Origin: Desulfobaccales bacterium
Lineage (GTDB): Bacteria; Desulfobacterota; Desulfobaccia; Desulfobaccales; 0-14-0-80-60-11
DNA: 64,000 nt
Reading direction: 5' to 3'
NCBI GenBank assembly: GCA_052139855.1
Contig: JBKQVS010000045.1
Coordinates: 657 to 64,656, forward strand
Part shown: positions 1 through 8,191 of the stretch, piece by piece
Position numbering within the stretch: position 1 is the first letter of the stretch
Layout of the letters: each line of letters begins with the position of its first letter
Notes under the pieces: generated by a model
Databases searched by the model: none
Told to the model about the DNA's origin: nothing
Seen by the model: the letters and a program-made list of their open reading frames with translations, nothing else
Translations under genes and position numbers: made by a program

Positions 1-408
1 GCACAAAACCACAAGGAATTCCAGTAATGAGGATAAATGAAGGAATCAAGGGTAATGCATGGGGAATTTTCGAGGGTAACACCTTGCAAGGTTCTCTGAT
101 TCCCTTATGTGAATGCAAGTTTAAACACCAATTTTGAGCGAACCCTTACCTTATCCTTCACACGCTTTTTAGGAACATTTTGAGGCATTTTAAGTGCGAT
201 TTACATTATAAAAAGGGCTTCAAAACTGATACCTCCACCCCTTGCCCAATCCACAAAAATCAACGAAACCCATTCAGAGGAATTTCTTTCCGGTATACCT
301 CTTGGTTATCCTGTTGACATACCCTCCATCTTTGTGACATAAGGGAATCATCTTGCAGTACCCAACCCCTGCCACCAGGGGAATATGATGCTTGATAAAC
401 TTGATGAC
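1..408 (-). mobile_element. Edge of a second low-GC inserted element that continues beyond the window start. It is non-coding and related, in inverted orientation, to 5680-5965.
   Basis: Composition switches at about 400-408, exactly where the YihY-like frame loses family resemblance. Positions 188-215 are the reverse complement of 5811-5838 (27/28 nt). Interrupted similarity flanks this core on both sides, for example TGCATTCACATAAGGGAATCAGAGAACCTTGCA versus TGCATTCATAGCATGGAATGAGAACTTGCA. Confidence 0.5.
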
Positions 409-747
409 CAGGATGCCGATGAGGGTGGCCGCAAGGCCGGTGCCCGGCCGGTAGGCGGCCTCGATCATCGTTCTCACGGCGCCGGCCCCTTGGGCCCCGA
501 TCAAATCCTGGGCCCGCCGCAAGATTTCCACCTGGACGGTGGTCTTGCCAAGGATAACGCCGAAGATGGCGATGACGATGATGAGGAGGGGGGCCATGGA
601 AAAAGTGGTATAGAAGGCCAGGGCGGCGCCCAGGGTTGGGGCATTGTCTCGCCGCCAGGCCCGGTAGGTCTCGGACAACAAGTCCCAGACCGGTCTCAAA
701 GGGGGCCGTCTTTTGCGGGGGGCCGGCGCCGGGGTTTCGTGAGGCAT
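400..747 (-). pseudogene. YihY/BrkB-family membrane protein, 3'-truncated, with only about 115 N-terminal codons left
   Basis: In ORF 274..747 the first ~114 aa (LGAALAFYTTFSMAPLLIIVIAIFGVILG...) look like YihY family N-termini. The rest is encoded by low-GC DNA and lacks the remaining transmembrane segments of a ~290-aa family member. Confidence 0.6.
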
Positions 748-831
748 GGCGGAGTTACCTCTGCGGCTACCAGGGGTGATGAGTCCGGTCCTGCTCCTGG
801 GAAGAAGTTGGGGCCGGCGGCAGTTTTGGCA

Positions 832-1125
832 TCAATCGCCGATGATTTTCACCAGGACGCGTTTGCGGCGGCCGCCGTCGAACTCGCCGTAAAAAATCTG
901 TTCCCACGGCCCGAAATCGAGCCGGCCGCGGGTAACGGCCACCACCACCTCCCGGCCCATGATTTGCCGCTTCAGATGGGCATCGGCGTTGTCCTCGCCG
1001 ACGTTGTGGCGATACCGGGAGACCGGGGCGTGGGGGGCCAGGCCTTCCAGCCAGACTTCGTAGTCGTGATGCAGCCCGGACTCATCGTCATTGATGAAAA
1101 CGCTGGCGGTGATGTGCATGGCGTT
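832..1125 (-). pseudogene. yjbQ: YjbQ/UPF0047 family protein, C-terminal 95 codons (distal half of a split gene)
   Basis: ORF 832..1119 ([30 protein letters not shown]...) matches the central and C-terminal part of YjbQ-type proteins. The missing N-terminus is found at 7431..7562. Confidence 0.8.
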
Positions 1126-2806
1126 CTTGATTCATATCTTCTTTAACTTTCTCCGGTGCTGCAAGGTTTGGATTTTCTTTTAAAATTGTTGTCCCAATTT
1201 TGCTTAAAATCTCTTTGTCTCCCTCTTTGTCCTCTCTAAAGCGGTCTGAAAAAGTGAATGCATCTCCACTTCTCGCAAGAAGAACTCCTTCTATTGTTCC
1301 TAACTTACCATAAGCGTTAAATTCGTATCGCTTAGGCTTGCCCTTAAGCTCTTGTATGTAAATCCCATATTTTCTTCCCATTTCATCTTTACCACCAAAA
1401 AGCAGATTGACAAGTTTTTTCTTTTCCTCAAAAGGTAATTTTTCAAAAGGGACGCCTGACCCTAAGTAGTTTATTCTCTGTAGAAATTTTACATACATAA
1501 TCCGCTTAATCTCTATATCTGTTTCAGTCGGTAATGTATTCAATCGTAATTGGATTGAATCAATTTCTTCCTTTAACCCCTTGGCATTGTTTTCTAATTC
1601 CTTCCATTTTGGTTTAATTCTTTCAAAGATTTTGTCACAATCATTATCATCTTTACACTTGTCTATCAGCGAAATGAAAGTATTGATTCTTTTCTGCGTA
1701 GCCTTAAGTTCGTCTTGTTTAGATTCCAGCTTTATCCTAAGGTCTTCGGCCACCTTCCCAAGTGGGTTTCCATTAAAAACAGACTCCCTCAAACTATCTT
1801 TGTTGCCAAGCACCAAAAATAATTCATCTAAAACAGCCTTTTCCAGTGCATCTGCATTTATTTGGTATCTACGTTTACGTCCTTGATATGGCTTATAATA
1901 TCTCGTTCCCCTCTGATTCTTTGTTCCCGTTAATGCATAGCCAGTATCTTTATCAAATATCAAACGTGAGAAAAGATATTGATATTTTTGCGTCTTATGG
2001 TCATAGGTTCTTCGAGCTTCACATTTTCTCCTAATTGCGATAATTGTCTCATTAGAAAGAAGGGGAGGAATGTTTAATGTATGTGTTTCATCAAGCTTAA
2101 AGTTTTTATCTTTAAAATGAATAGACCATTTGTCACCGCAACGATAGCACATTGTTTTATGGAGATTAGTACCATTCATTCCAAATCGTTCACCAAGCTG
2201 TTTCCATGAGTAATCTTCTTCAAGGTAGAGTCTGGCAGCTTCATTTATTATGGCTTGCTTCTTTTCGTCAATTTTCCAAGTCAGGGTAACCTTATTCCAA
2301 ATCCGGCCATAGGGCTTCTTTCCACAAGACGGGCGACCATCTTTAGCCCGTTTAATCCTGTTAATGGCCGACTTATATTTTTGCTGTTTTGCAAAGAGTT
2401 CTTGAATTTCAACACCCATACCAAGGATAAAGCAGTGGTCCGGATTATATAAGTTCATCTCCATAGTTCCATTAAAAAACCTTATCTCTAACTTCTGCAA
2501 AGTCTCTATATACTGTTTTGATTTCGAATTATCCCGTGACCATCTTGATAAATCAGCAACCATGATTGCTTCAAAATTCTTTTGTTCAGCGTCCTGCATT
2601 AGCTTGTCTAATATTTTTCGCTCATAGTCTTGTGTGGCATGTTCTTGTCCCTCATACCATTTGTAAATTTTGCCATTAAGACTTTGTATCGCCTGGGAAA
2701 GTTGCTCCTTTTGAGTTCGCAAGCTTTCACCTTGTTTGGCCTGTTGCTCTGTTGATACACGAATTAGGGGGGCAAACACCAAGCCTGTATTATCTTCCTG
2801 TTTCAT
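1088..2806 (-). CDS. Large serine recombinase (integrase)
   Basis: 572-aa ORF with an N-terminal resolvase catalytic motif (LIRVSTEQQ), a recombinase/zinc-ribbon-like region (CYRCGDKW) and a long K/E-rich coiled-coil-like stretch. The last 8 codons and the stop lie in host DNA beyond the junction repeat. Confidence 0.85.
   Translation of the reverse strand: MKQEDNTGLVFAPLIRVSTEQQAKQGESLRTQKEQLSQAIQSLNGKIYKWYEGQEHATQDYERKILDKLMQDAEQKNFEAIMVADLSRWSRDNSKSKQYIETLQKLEIRFFNGTMEMNLYNPDHCFILGMGVEIQELFAKQQKYKSAINRIKRAKDGRPSCGKKPYGRIWNKVTLTWKIDEKKQAIINEAARLYLEEDYSWKQLGERFGMNGTNLHKTMCYRCGDKWSIHFKDKNFKLDETHTLNIPPLLSNETIIAIRRKCEARRTYDHKTQKYQYLFSRLIFDKDTGYALTGTKNQRGTRYYKPYQGRKRRYQINADALEKAVLDELFLVLGNKDSLRESVFNGNPLGKVAEDLRIKLESKQDELKATQKRINTFISLIDKCKDDNDCDKIFERIKPKWKELENNAKGLKEEIDSIQLRLNTLPTETDIEIKRIMYVKFLQRINYLGSGVPFEKLPFEEKKKLVNLLFGGKDEMGRKYGIYIQELKGKPKRYEFNAYGKLGTIEGVLLARSGDAFTFSDRFREDKEGDKEILSKIGTTILKENPNLAAPEKVKEDMNQERHAHHRQRFHQ
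1115..1125. repeat. attL core (TGCATGGCGTT)
   Basis: Identical 11-mer at 7429-7439, located at the host/island composition boundary. Confidence 0.8.
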
Positions 2807-2850
2807 TGAGTTATCCCCTTAAATTGGTCAATTGTTGACATAGCTTAAGG

Positions 2851-3183
2851 TTATTTTGATTCGCCATCTTTCAGAGGAAACCTCTTTGCATTAGTAAGAT
2901 ACTCTTTCAAATCATCTTCATCTACCAAAATCTTTTTACCTAACTTTATGATAGGGAAGGGAACCAGCTTGCGATTTATCCAACTTCTGAAAGTGCCTTG
3001 AGTTATTCTCAAGACTTTAGAGACTTCTTCTACTGTCAAATATCTTTTATTTAGGATGGAATCATCATTCACAGCTTTTGCCAAATCCTTTAGAGGGGTT
3101 TCACGGTCTGATTTTCCAATCTTATCGCCTAACATATCTATAAGCTCGCCATTAGAATGTTTCTTATACTTGTTGGATACCAT
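2851..3183 (-). CDS. Excisionase/MerR-superfamily HTH DNA-binding protein (possible recombination directionality factor)
   Basis: 110-aa ORF. The segment LTVEEVSKVLRITQGTFRSWINRKLVPFPIIKLGKKILV resembles excisionase-family HTH domains. It overlaps 3138..3815 by 46 nt. An alternative ATG at 3135 lies 3 nt after the upstream stop. Confidence 0.6.
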   Translation of the reverse strand: MVSNKYKKHSNGELIDMLGDKIGKSDRETPLKDLAKAVNDDSILNKRYLTVEEVSKVLRITQGTFRSWINRKLVPFPIIKLGKKILVDEDDLKEYLTNAKRFPLKDGESK

Positions 3184-3815
3184 TTGACCAATCCCCGTTT
3201 GGTTTTAACCCCACGACTCTTAAATTCTTCGGCAATGGCTTGAAGCGTATACCCCCTGTCCCTCAATTCCTTGGCTAATCTGATAACCTCTTGTTCTGGC
3301 AAGAAGGGGGTCAATTGGGTACCTTCTACCTTGTAGCCGAACGGAATATGGCCTACGTGTTCACCTTTCTCAATTTTCCTTTGCAAAGCATCACTTGTTC
3401 TCTCTCCTATCATACCCCGTTCCATCTCCGCAATTCCGGCAATGAGGGTGAAGAAGAATTTTCCCAATGGGGATTTGGTATCCAAACGCTCATTGATGCT
3501 ATGGAATCCAATCCCATAATTATCAAGCTCCTTCGTGACCTCTAAGGCGTCTATGGTAGAGCGGAAAGCTCTATCAAGCTTATATACCACCAGGGCTTCT
3601 ATTTCCTTATTCCGAGCCATGTCAAGAATCTTCTTTATCCCTGGCCGATTCAGGTTTTTTGCCGACAAACCTTCATCTGCCACAATCTCTATAAGCACAA
3701 AATCGTTTAGTTCACAGTAAGCTTTAATCTTGGCTCCTTGGTTTTCCAGGCTAACCCCTTCCCTGGCCTGTTCTTCTGTGCTCACCCTAACATACCCCAC
3801 AGCTTTTTTCATCAA
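3138..3815 (-). CDS. Small serine recombinase (resolvase/invertase type)
   Basis: 225-aa ORF with the VGYVRVSTEEQ catalytic-serine motif, a resolvase N-terminal domain pattern and a C-terminal HTH-like tail. Confidence 0.85.
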   Translation of the reverse strand: MMKKAVGYVRVSTEEQAREGVSLENQGAKIKAYCELNDFVLIEIVADEGLSAKNLNRPGIKKILDMARNKEIEALVVYKLDRAFRSTIDALEVTKELDNYGIGFHSINERLDTKSPLGKFFFTLIAGIAEMERGMIGERTSDALQRKIEKGEHVGHIPFGYKVEGTQLTPFLPEQEVIRLAKELRDRGYTLQAIAEEFKSRGVKTKRGLVKWYPTSIRNILMASL

Positions 3816-3853
3816 ATTACTCCTTAGCTTGGTTTACCTATTTATATAGCAGT

Positions 3854-3882
3854 TTGCGTTGCATGTCAAGCTTTTTTATAAT
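3854..3882 (+). promoter_or_regulatory. Sigma70-like promoter candidate (TTGCGT-17 nt-TATAAT)
   Basis: TTGCGT at 3854-3859, a 17-nt spacer and TATAAT at 3877-3882, pointing toward 4029..4563. Confidence 0.3.
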
Positions 3883-4028
3883 TAAGGAACGTTTATTATA
3901 AATGACCTTGTTAATGAGGCGTATGCTGAACTGAAAATGTCAGTTTTAGTATCGGATTTAGTTAACTTTTTATGCTATAAGGGGATTATGCGGCTTCCCT
4001 TGTCAAACTAAACATTTGGCTTAAAAAA

Positions 4029-4256
4029 ATGACAGACCCTTTCAAGCCCTATATCCAATCCCTGCAAGCTGATTTGGCGCGGTGCAACGCCTCAGAGCAT
4101 ACCCACAGGCCCGACCTCAAGATTCTCCTGGAATCCTGGGGGCAACGCCTCTCGGCCACCAATGAACCCCGGCAGGTTACCGATTGTGGTAACCCCGATA
4201 TTTTCTATTGGATGGTTCCATTTTTGACAATGGCAAAGAATTTGGGATTTTCTTGA
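4029..4256 (+). pseudogene. Remnant of the N-terminus of a type IIG/N6-adenine DNA methyltransferase-like gene
   Basis: 75-aa ORF. The stretch CNASEHTHRPDLKILLESWGQRLSATNEPRQVTDCGNPDI resembles, from memory, the conserved N-terminal block (ATEHTYRPAL...NEPKR..CGAPDF) of large methyltransferase/restriction fusions. It is truncated after ~60 aa and locally higher in GC than the rest of the island. Confidence 0.35.
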
Positions 4257-4302
4257 CATTACCCATAGGCTCATGGTGAATTAGGAATGATAAGGAAGAA
4301 TT

Positions 4303-4563
4303 ATGGGGGAGTTACTTGAGTGGTTGTTCAAAGTCGAAAACAAAAAAACTTGCCGTTTCATTGGCGTTATTTTGGTCTTGACGCCACTTTTATTCTTTTT
4401 CGGTGGAGGATTTCAAGGAGCTACTCTTGAAGGACCTATCTTTACTACTGGTGGACTTAGAGCGGTCTTCATTACAATTATGTCGGTTATGTTCATCATG
4501 GGGATTATGCTTATTTTGGTTGGATTTAGTAGACGTGAAAAAAATGGGGCCTTCAAGAAGTAG
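4303..4563 (+). CDS. Small membrane protein, unknown function
   Basis: 86-aa ORF with two clear hydrophobic segments (FIGVILVLTPLLFFFGGG and AVFITIMSVMFIMGIMLILVGF). Confidence 0.5.
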   Translation: MGELLEWLFKVENKKTCRFIGVILVLTPLLFFFGGGFQGATLEGPIFTTGGLRAVFITIMSVMFIMGIMLILVGFSRREKNGAFKK

Positions 4564-4600
4564 CGTGGGTAGATACTAAGTCCCCTTGCTCAGGTTCCTT

Positions 4601-4644
4601 GCCACTTGCTCGATGGGTATGTCTTAGAGCTGCTATTTTATGTC
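4601..4644. repeat. 44-bp imperfect direct repeat, copy A (partner at 5009-5052)
   Basis: 37/44 identical by hand alignment. The minus strand reads a decayed mini-ORF (MKRDIK*). Confidence 0.6.
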
Positions 4645-4720
4645 TCGCTTCATGTTTTTATCATTCTGCTATCCGAGAATGTTATGAGCAACGATTCGCA
4701 GCCTGGTTTTACTTGATATC

Positions 4721-4957
4721 CTAACATCTTATATACAATGATATAACCACTAATAATCCAGTAAGTAGGGCTAATACCCAAGTTGCCATTGCAAGAGTCC
4801 ATGTTTTATTTACAAGTTGTTCAGTATATCTTAATTTTAAGATATCATTAGCCACCATATAACCGATATGGTTCGGTGCTTCCATTCTCAACATAAATTC
4901 CATTATTTCTTGTACTGAACTTGTTAATAACATTTTCCTATCTTCTTCCTTAAACAT
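4721..4957 (-). CDS. Small tail-anchored membrane protein, unknown function
   Basis: 78-aa ORF with a C-terminal hydrophobic helix (WTLAMATWVLALLTGLLVVISLYI). Confidence 0.45.
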   Translation of the reverse strand: MFKEEDRKMLLTSSVQEIMEFMLRMEAPNHIGYMVANDILKLRYTEQLVNKTWTLAMATWVLALLTGLLVVISLYIRC

Positions 4958-5008
4958 TTTTAGCCTCCTAAATCTGGATAAACGGCTCAGCCCAGGCCCA
5001 GCCGCTCG

Positions 5009-5052
5009 GCCACCTGGTCAATGGGTATGTTTTTGAGCTGGTCTTTTATGTC
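5009..5052. repeat. 44-bp imperfect direct repeat, copy B
   Basis: Partner of 4601-4644. It lies within a minus-strand mini-ORF at 4987..5055 (MDIKDQLKNIPIDQVAERLGLG*). Confidence 0.6.
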
Positions 5053-5065
5053 CATATGTCACCAC

Positions 5066-5572
5066 TTATTCCTTTTTCTGTTCTTGTTCTTTCATCATTT
5101 TATGATAGGCAAAAGTGGCTATCATTCCCCTAAAAATTGAAAAATTTATGAATAATGCCACAATCACAACACTTAGATAACCAAAACGGAAACCTTGATA
5201 ATTCTTATTTAATCCTAAAATTATATTGGCAATACCTTCAAAAAAAACATGCACAAACATAATTGTGATACAAGTTCTACTCTTTTTATAAATGCCAAAT
5301 GTCAATAATGATAATATGACTATATCTACTATATCCACTGTACTTGCCATATTACTAACTAACTTGTAATATACTTCACGGCCATTTAGAAACAAAACAA
5401 ATAATGCAACACAAAATGCACCAGTTATAGGGTTGATAGTGATATGATTGGTATCAGTTAAGTGGATTGATTTTTTACAATGAGGACACCAATAACCATG
5501 AACTGTTTTCAATTTGTAACCATCATAATTACCACAGTCTGGACATTTGATATTGTTGTCAGCTTTTTTCAT
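5066..5572 (-). CDS. Zinc-ribbon membrane protein, unknown function
   Basis: 168-aa ORF with N-terminal CPDC...17 aa...CPHC and about four hydrophobic helices. Confidence 0.55.
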   Translation of the reverse strand: MKKADNNIKCPDCGNYDGYKLKTVHGYWCPHCKKSIHLTDTNHITINPITGAFCVALFVLFLNGREVYYKLVSNMASTVDIVDIVILSLLTFGIYKKSRTCITIMFVHVFFEGIANIILGLNKNYQGFRFGYLSVVIVALFINFSIFRGMIATFAYHKMMKEQEQKKE

Positions 5573-5679
5573 TTATACCGCTCTCCTTAAAACTGCATAA
5601 ACCTTTCAGCAGCCGCCGGGAGGTGGTTAAGGTTGCGGGGACAAAAAAACCGAACTGCACCCTCAGGGCATCCCGGCTC

Positions 5680-5965
5680 TTATCATTCAATCAACATAAT
5701 CGCTCCCCTCCTGGTGAGTGGGGCAGCTTTTAGAATAATTCCCTTATGGCATAAAGTGAGATGGTCTGTCAATAAGTTTACAAGAGGCATGGAGGTGAGA
5801 AATCCAGTCGCTTTTTACAATGTAAATCGCACTTAAAACCACTCAGAACGGCTTTTTCGGTTTAGGGAAGGGTAAGGGTAAGGGTAGAGGGAAAACGTTT
5901 AAAATCAGCCCCTCAAACGTGCATTCATAGCATGGAATGAGAACTTGCATTTTAATTGTGAGAAT
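5680..5965 (+). repeat. Non-coding module homologous, in inverted orientation, to 1-408
   Basis: Positions 5811-5838 (CTTTTTACAATGTAAATCGCACTTAAAA) match the reverse complement of 188-215 at 27/28 nt. The flanks match with indels. It contains the GGTAAG tandem tract at 5865-5890. Confidence 0.55.
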
Positions 5966-6157
5966 TCGAAAAAGGCTCATTTGTTTCTATGGGAATTGTG
6001 ACAATTGGATAGAGTTAAATGCTTAACTTATTTGAATCATTGGGGTATTCCCCCCCCCTATGGCAGAACGATGGCAAGATATAAATTGCCATTAAATTAT
6101 GACAATTGTTTATAGCATGGCGCACAGTCTAAAGCTGTAATGCCAATTGTGACAATA
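5954..6157. promoter_or_regulatory. Four copies of a 13-bp near-palindrome AATTGTGACAATT (iteron or operator candidates)
   Basis: Copies at 5954-5966 (AATTGTGAGAATT), 5994-6006 (AATTGTGACAATT), 6095-6107 (AATTATGACAATT) and 6145-6157 (AATTGTGACAATA), with start-to-start spacings of 40, 101 and 50 bp. Confidence 0.5.
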
Positions 6158-6242
6158 AAAATCATTTCAGTTAGCTACAACTAATTGAAATAACCCCTTT
6201 TTATGGGGAGGGGAGGCGTTCAACCACATTATCAACTTGTAA

Positions 6243-7241
6243 TCACAATGAATCAGGCATGATATATTCTTTACCAGTGGTAGGAATAAACGATGTCTTT
6301 GATAGCTTATGCATAAATGCATTTGTAAGTAGTTCATGTTCGACAATAAATCGCCCATAATTAGGCACTCCCCTATCTTTGTCTTTTAGTGATTCAATCT
6401 GCTTGATAAATTCGGATTCATATTCTCTATGAGTAATACCCCTAACCCACTGGTGAATAGTTTGTTTGATTATATTTCCATACCCTGGCCTCCTCTGGTT
6501 AACACGTTTAATTTCCTGTTTGTTCTTTCTTACAATGTAGTTTGTCAGCATGTTTGAATCAATATAGGCAAATATGAAGAATTGCTTTAAATTCAGTGCA
6601 TCTATATTACTTAAAGGCAGTGACAAACCTAACCGTTTGATTACCCTACGGCTTAGCACAAGCTCCATTCTGACAAACTCAGGATTATCTTCTGGTTTAA
6701 GATAAGTTCTTGTTCCTTTAGTAGCTGTTCTTATATCAGTTGTATAAAATGTATCTTCAATGTTGAATGACTTTTGTTTCTGGTATCTGAGGTACAATTT
6801 GTTGTCAAGAAATTCCTGAAAGTCTTCAAGATTTTCTGTGTAAAAATCAAAGGTAAGCTCTACTTGACTTAATTTGTGAAAGATGGAAAACTTGCTGAAA
6901 TAGCTATGGAATAAGTGTAATATCTCTTTGCTTGGGTCATGAATCTCTATTCTTGTTGTTGGTATCAACTCACCTTTAAATCTCATGTCATAGAACAGTT
7001 GAATGCTAATATCATTGTCACAATACGTCTTAGTGCGATTAAATTTACCTTTTGACAGAGGATTCTTTTTTGTCCGTTTAAACCCATTGGCACTTAATAG
7101 GTCACAAATTGGGTTTAGAAACCTAAGGTGAATATATGAAAGGGAAAGCCAATCAATACTTGCCCTAAGGGTAAAATCAGGAATGTAAGAATCGTCTGCA
7201 TTATTATAGGAGGTAAGTGGACTAAAGACTTCAAGGGTCAT
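6243..7241 (-). CDS. Putative Rep_trans/MOB_T-like replication initiator or relaxase
   Basis: 332-aa ORF. The motif pattern SIDWLSLSY ... VELTFDFY ... RTYLKPEDNPEFVRMELVLSRR resembles the blocks of rolling-circle Rep_trans proteins (iDwL, RiDlaiD, iY.K....R.El). This is recognised by eye only. Confidence 0.35.
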   Translation of the reverse strand: MTLEVFSPLTSYNNADDSYIPDFTLRASIDWLSLSYIHLRFLNPICDLLSANGFKRTKKNPLSKGKFNRTKTYCDNDISIQLFYDMRFKGELIPTTRIEIHDPSKEILHLFHSYFSKFSIFHKLSQVELTFDFYTENLEDFQEFLDNKLYLRYQKQKSFNIEDTFYTTDIRTATKGTRTYLKPEDNPEFVRMELVLSRRVIKRLGLSLPLSNIDALNLKQFFIFAYIDSNMLTNYIVRKNKQEIKRVNQRRPGYGNIIKQTIHQWVRGITHREYESEFIKQIESLKDKDRGVPNYGRFIVEHELLTNAFMHKLSKTSFIPTTGKEYIMPDSL

Positions 7242-7428
7242 AAGGTCTTAAATCTCCTTCAAATTTTAGATTGAATGAATGTTAACGGAAAAAGGCCAAA
7301 GTGTACATAATTTTTCTGGATAGGGAATGGGTGCAAGGATTATCTTTGCTCTATCTGCCAAAAGGCTGTCTTGCGTATACTTCCCCGTTCAGAATAAAGG
7401 GGATTGGTTTTGAAGGTGTAAGAATATT

Positions 7429-7439
7429 TGCATGGCGTT
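7429..7439. repeat. attR core (TGCATGGCGTT)
   Basis: Identical to 1115-1125. Confidence 0.8.
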
Positions 7440-7562
7440 GACCAGGACCAGGCCTTCGGTGACGCCGCTATCGGCGAGGCATTGCTCCACCTGGGGGGTG
7501 ATATTGATGAAGGCCCGGCGGCCGGGGACTTGAAACCAGAGTTCCTGGCGAAAGCTTTTCAT
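7429..7562 (-). pseudogene. yjbQ: YjbQ/UPF0047 family protein, N-terminal 44 codons (proximal half of the split gene)
   Basis: Minus-strand ATG at 7562. The translation [44 protein letters not shown] ends at the ATG inside the junction repeat and then runs into island DNA. Confidence 0.8.
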
Positions 7563-7745
7563 AGGTTTGGGGGTGGCTCCCGGTTTTGTTCAAAGGTGCC
7601 ACAGGACCGCGCCGGTGTCAAGGGGAAGGCAGGGGAAGGGCAGGGCAAAGCCCACAGGGGAAGCGGCGCTGATGAGGGGCCGAGTCAGGGAAACCCGACC
7701 CCGGGGCCGGATACTGGGAGCAGCAACAGATTACCTCCGCTCCGG

Positions 7746-7767
7746 CCCTCCCCCCCGAGGGGGAGGG
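7746..7767. repeat. C-tract/G-tract hairpin (REP-like)
   Basis: CCCTCCCCC-CCGA-GGGGGAGGG, a 9-bp perfect stem. Confidence 0.5.
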
Positions 7768-7828
7768 GGCAGAGGGAAGAATCTGCTCCAACAAGGCCCT
7801 GGTGAAAGATTATTTTTCCAGGGAGGTT

Positions 7829-8104
7829 TTACTTTTTTGGCGCTCCGGCCGGGGTGGGTTCCGGGGTCACCCCTTCATCCTGCATTTTTTTCAGGTACTT
7901 TTCCGGGTCTTTCTTGAAGTCTTTATCGCAGCCCTCGCAGCAAAAATAGATGCGTTTGCCCTGGTAATCGACATAGGTGCTCTTGTCAATTTTGTCGCCC
8001 CGGACCGGGCAGACCGTCTGGGGTTTGGGGTCGGCGGCCCAGAGGCTCCCGGCGGCAAAGGCAGCCAGGGCCAGGGCCAGGATTACGGCTTGGAATTTTC
8101 TCAC
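7829..8104 (-). CDS. Secreted YHS/TRASH-type metal-binding domain protein
   Basis: 91-aa ORF with a signal peptide followed by CPVRG...YFCCEGC, as in YHS domains. Confidence 0.7.
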   Translation of the reverse strand: MRKFQAVILALALAAFAAGSLWAADPKPQTVCPVRGDKIDKSTYVDYQGKRIYFCCEGCDKDFKKDPEKYLKKMQDEGVTPEPTPAGAPKK

Positions 8105-8191
8105 ACGACTCTCCTTATGGGGGTTTTCACAGGTTCACATTGTCTAGATAAAATATTGTTCATGGATGGCCTGATTGTCAAGGGCATGATG

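Larger units (their letters stand above)
1115..7439. mobile_element. Integrated 6.3-kb low-GC element (serine-recombinase type) inserted in yjbQ
   Basis: The 11-bp direct repeat TGCATGGCGTT lies at 1115-1125 and 7429-7439. GC drops from 43/60 (901-960) to 21/60 (1141-1200) by hand count. The recombinase gene abuts the left junction, and the host gene halves join in frame across the repeat. Confidence 0.85.

Noticed and set aside
5633-5836. 67-aa ORF in the island's non-coding hub, and the similar-looking C-terminal tail of ORF 274..747.
   Set aside because: The apparent protein similarity (IIPLWHKVRWSVNKFTRG versus MIPLCHKDGGYVNRITKR) comes from the shared non-coding DNA module. The frames are interrupted by indels between copies, so coding is unlikely.
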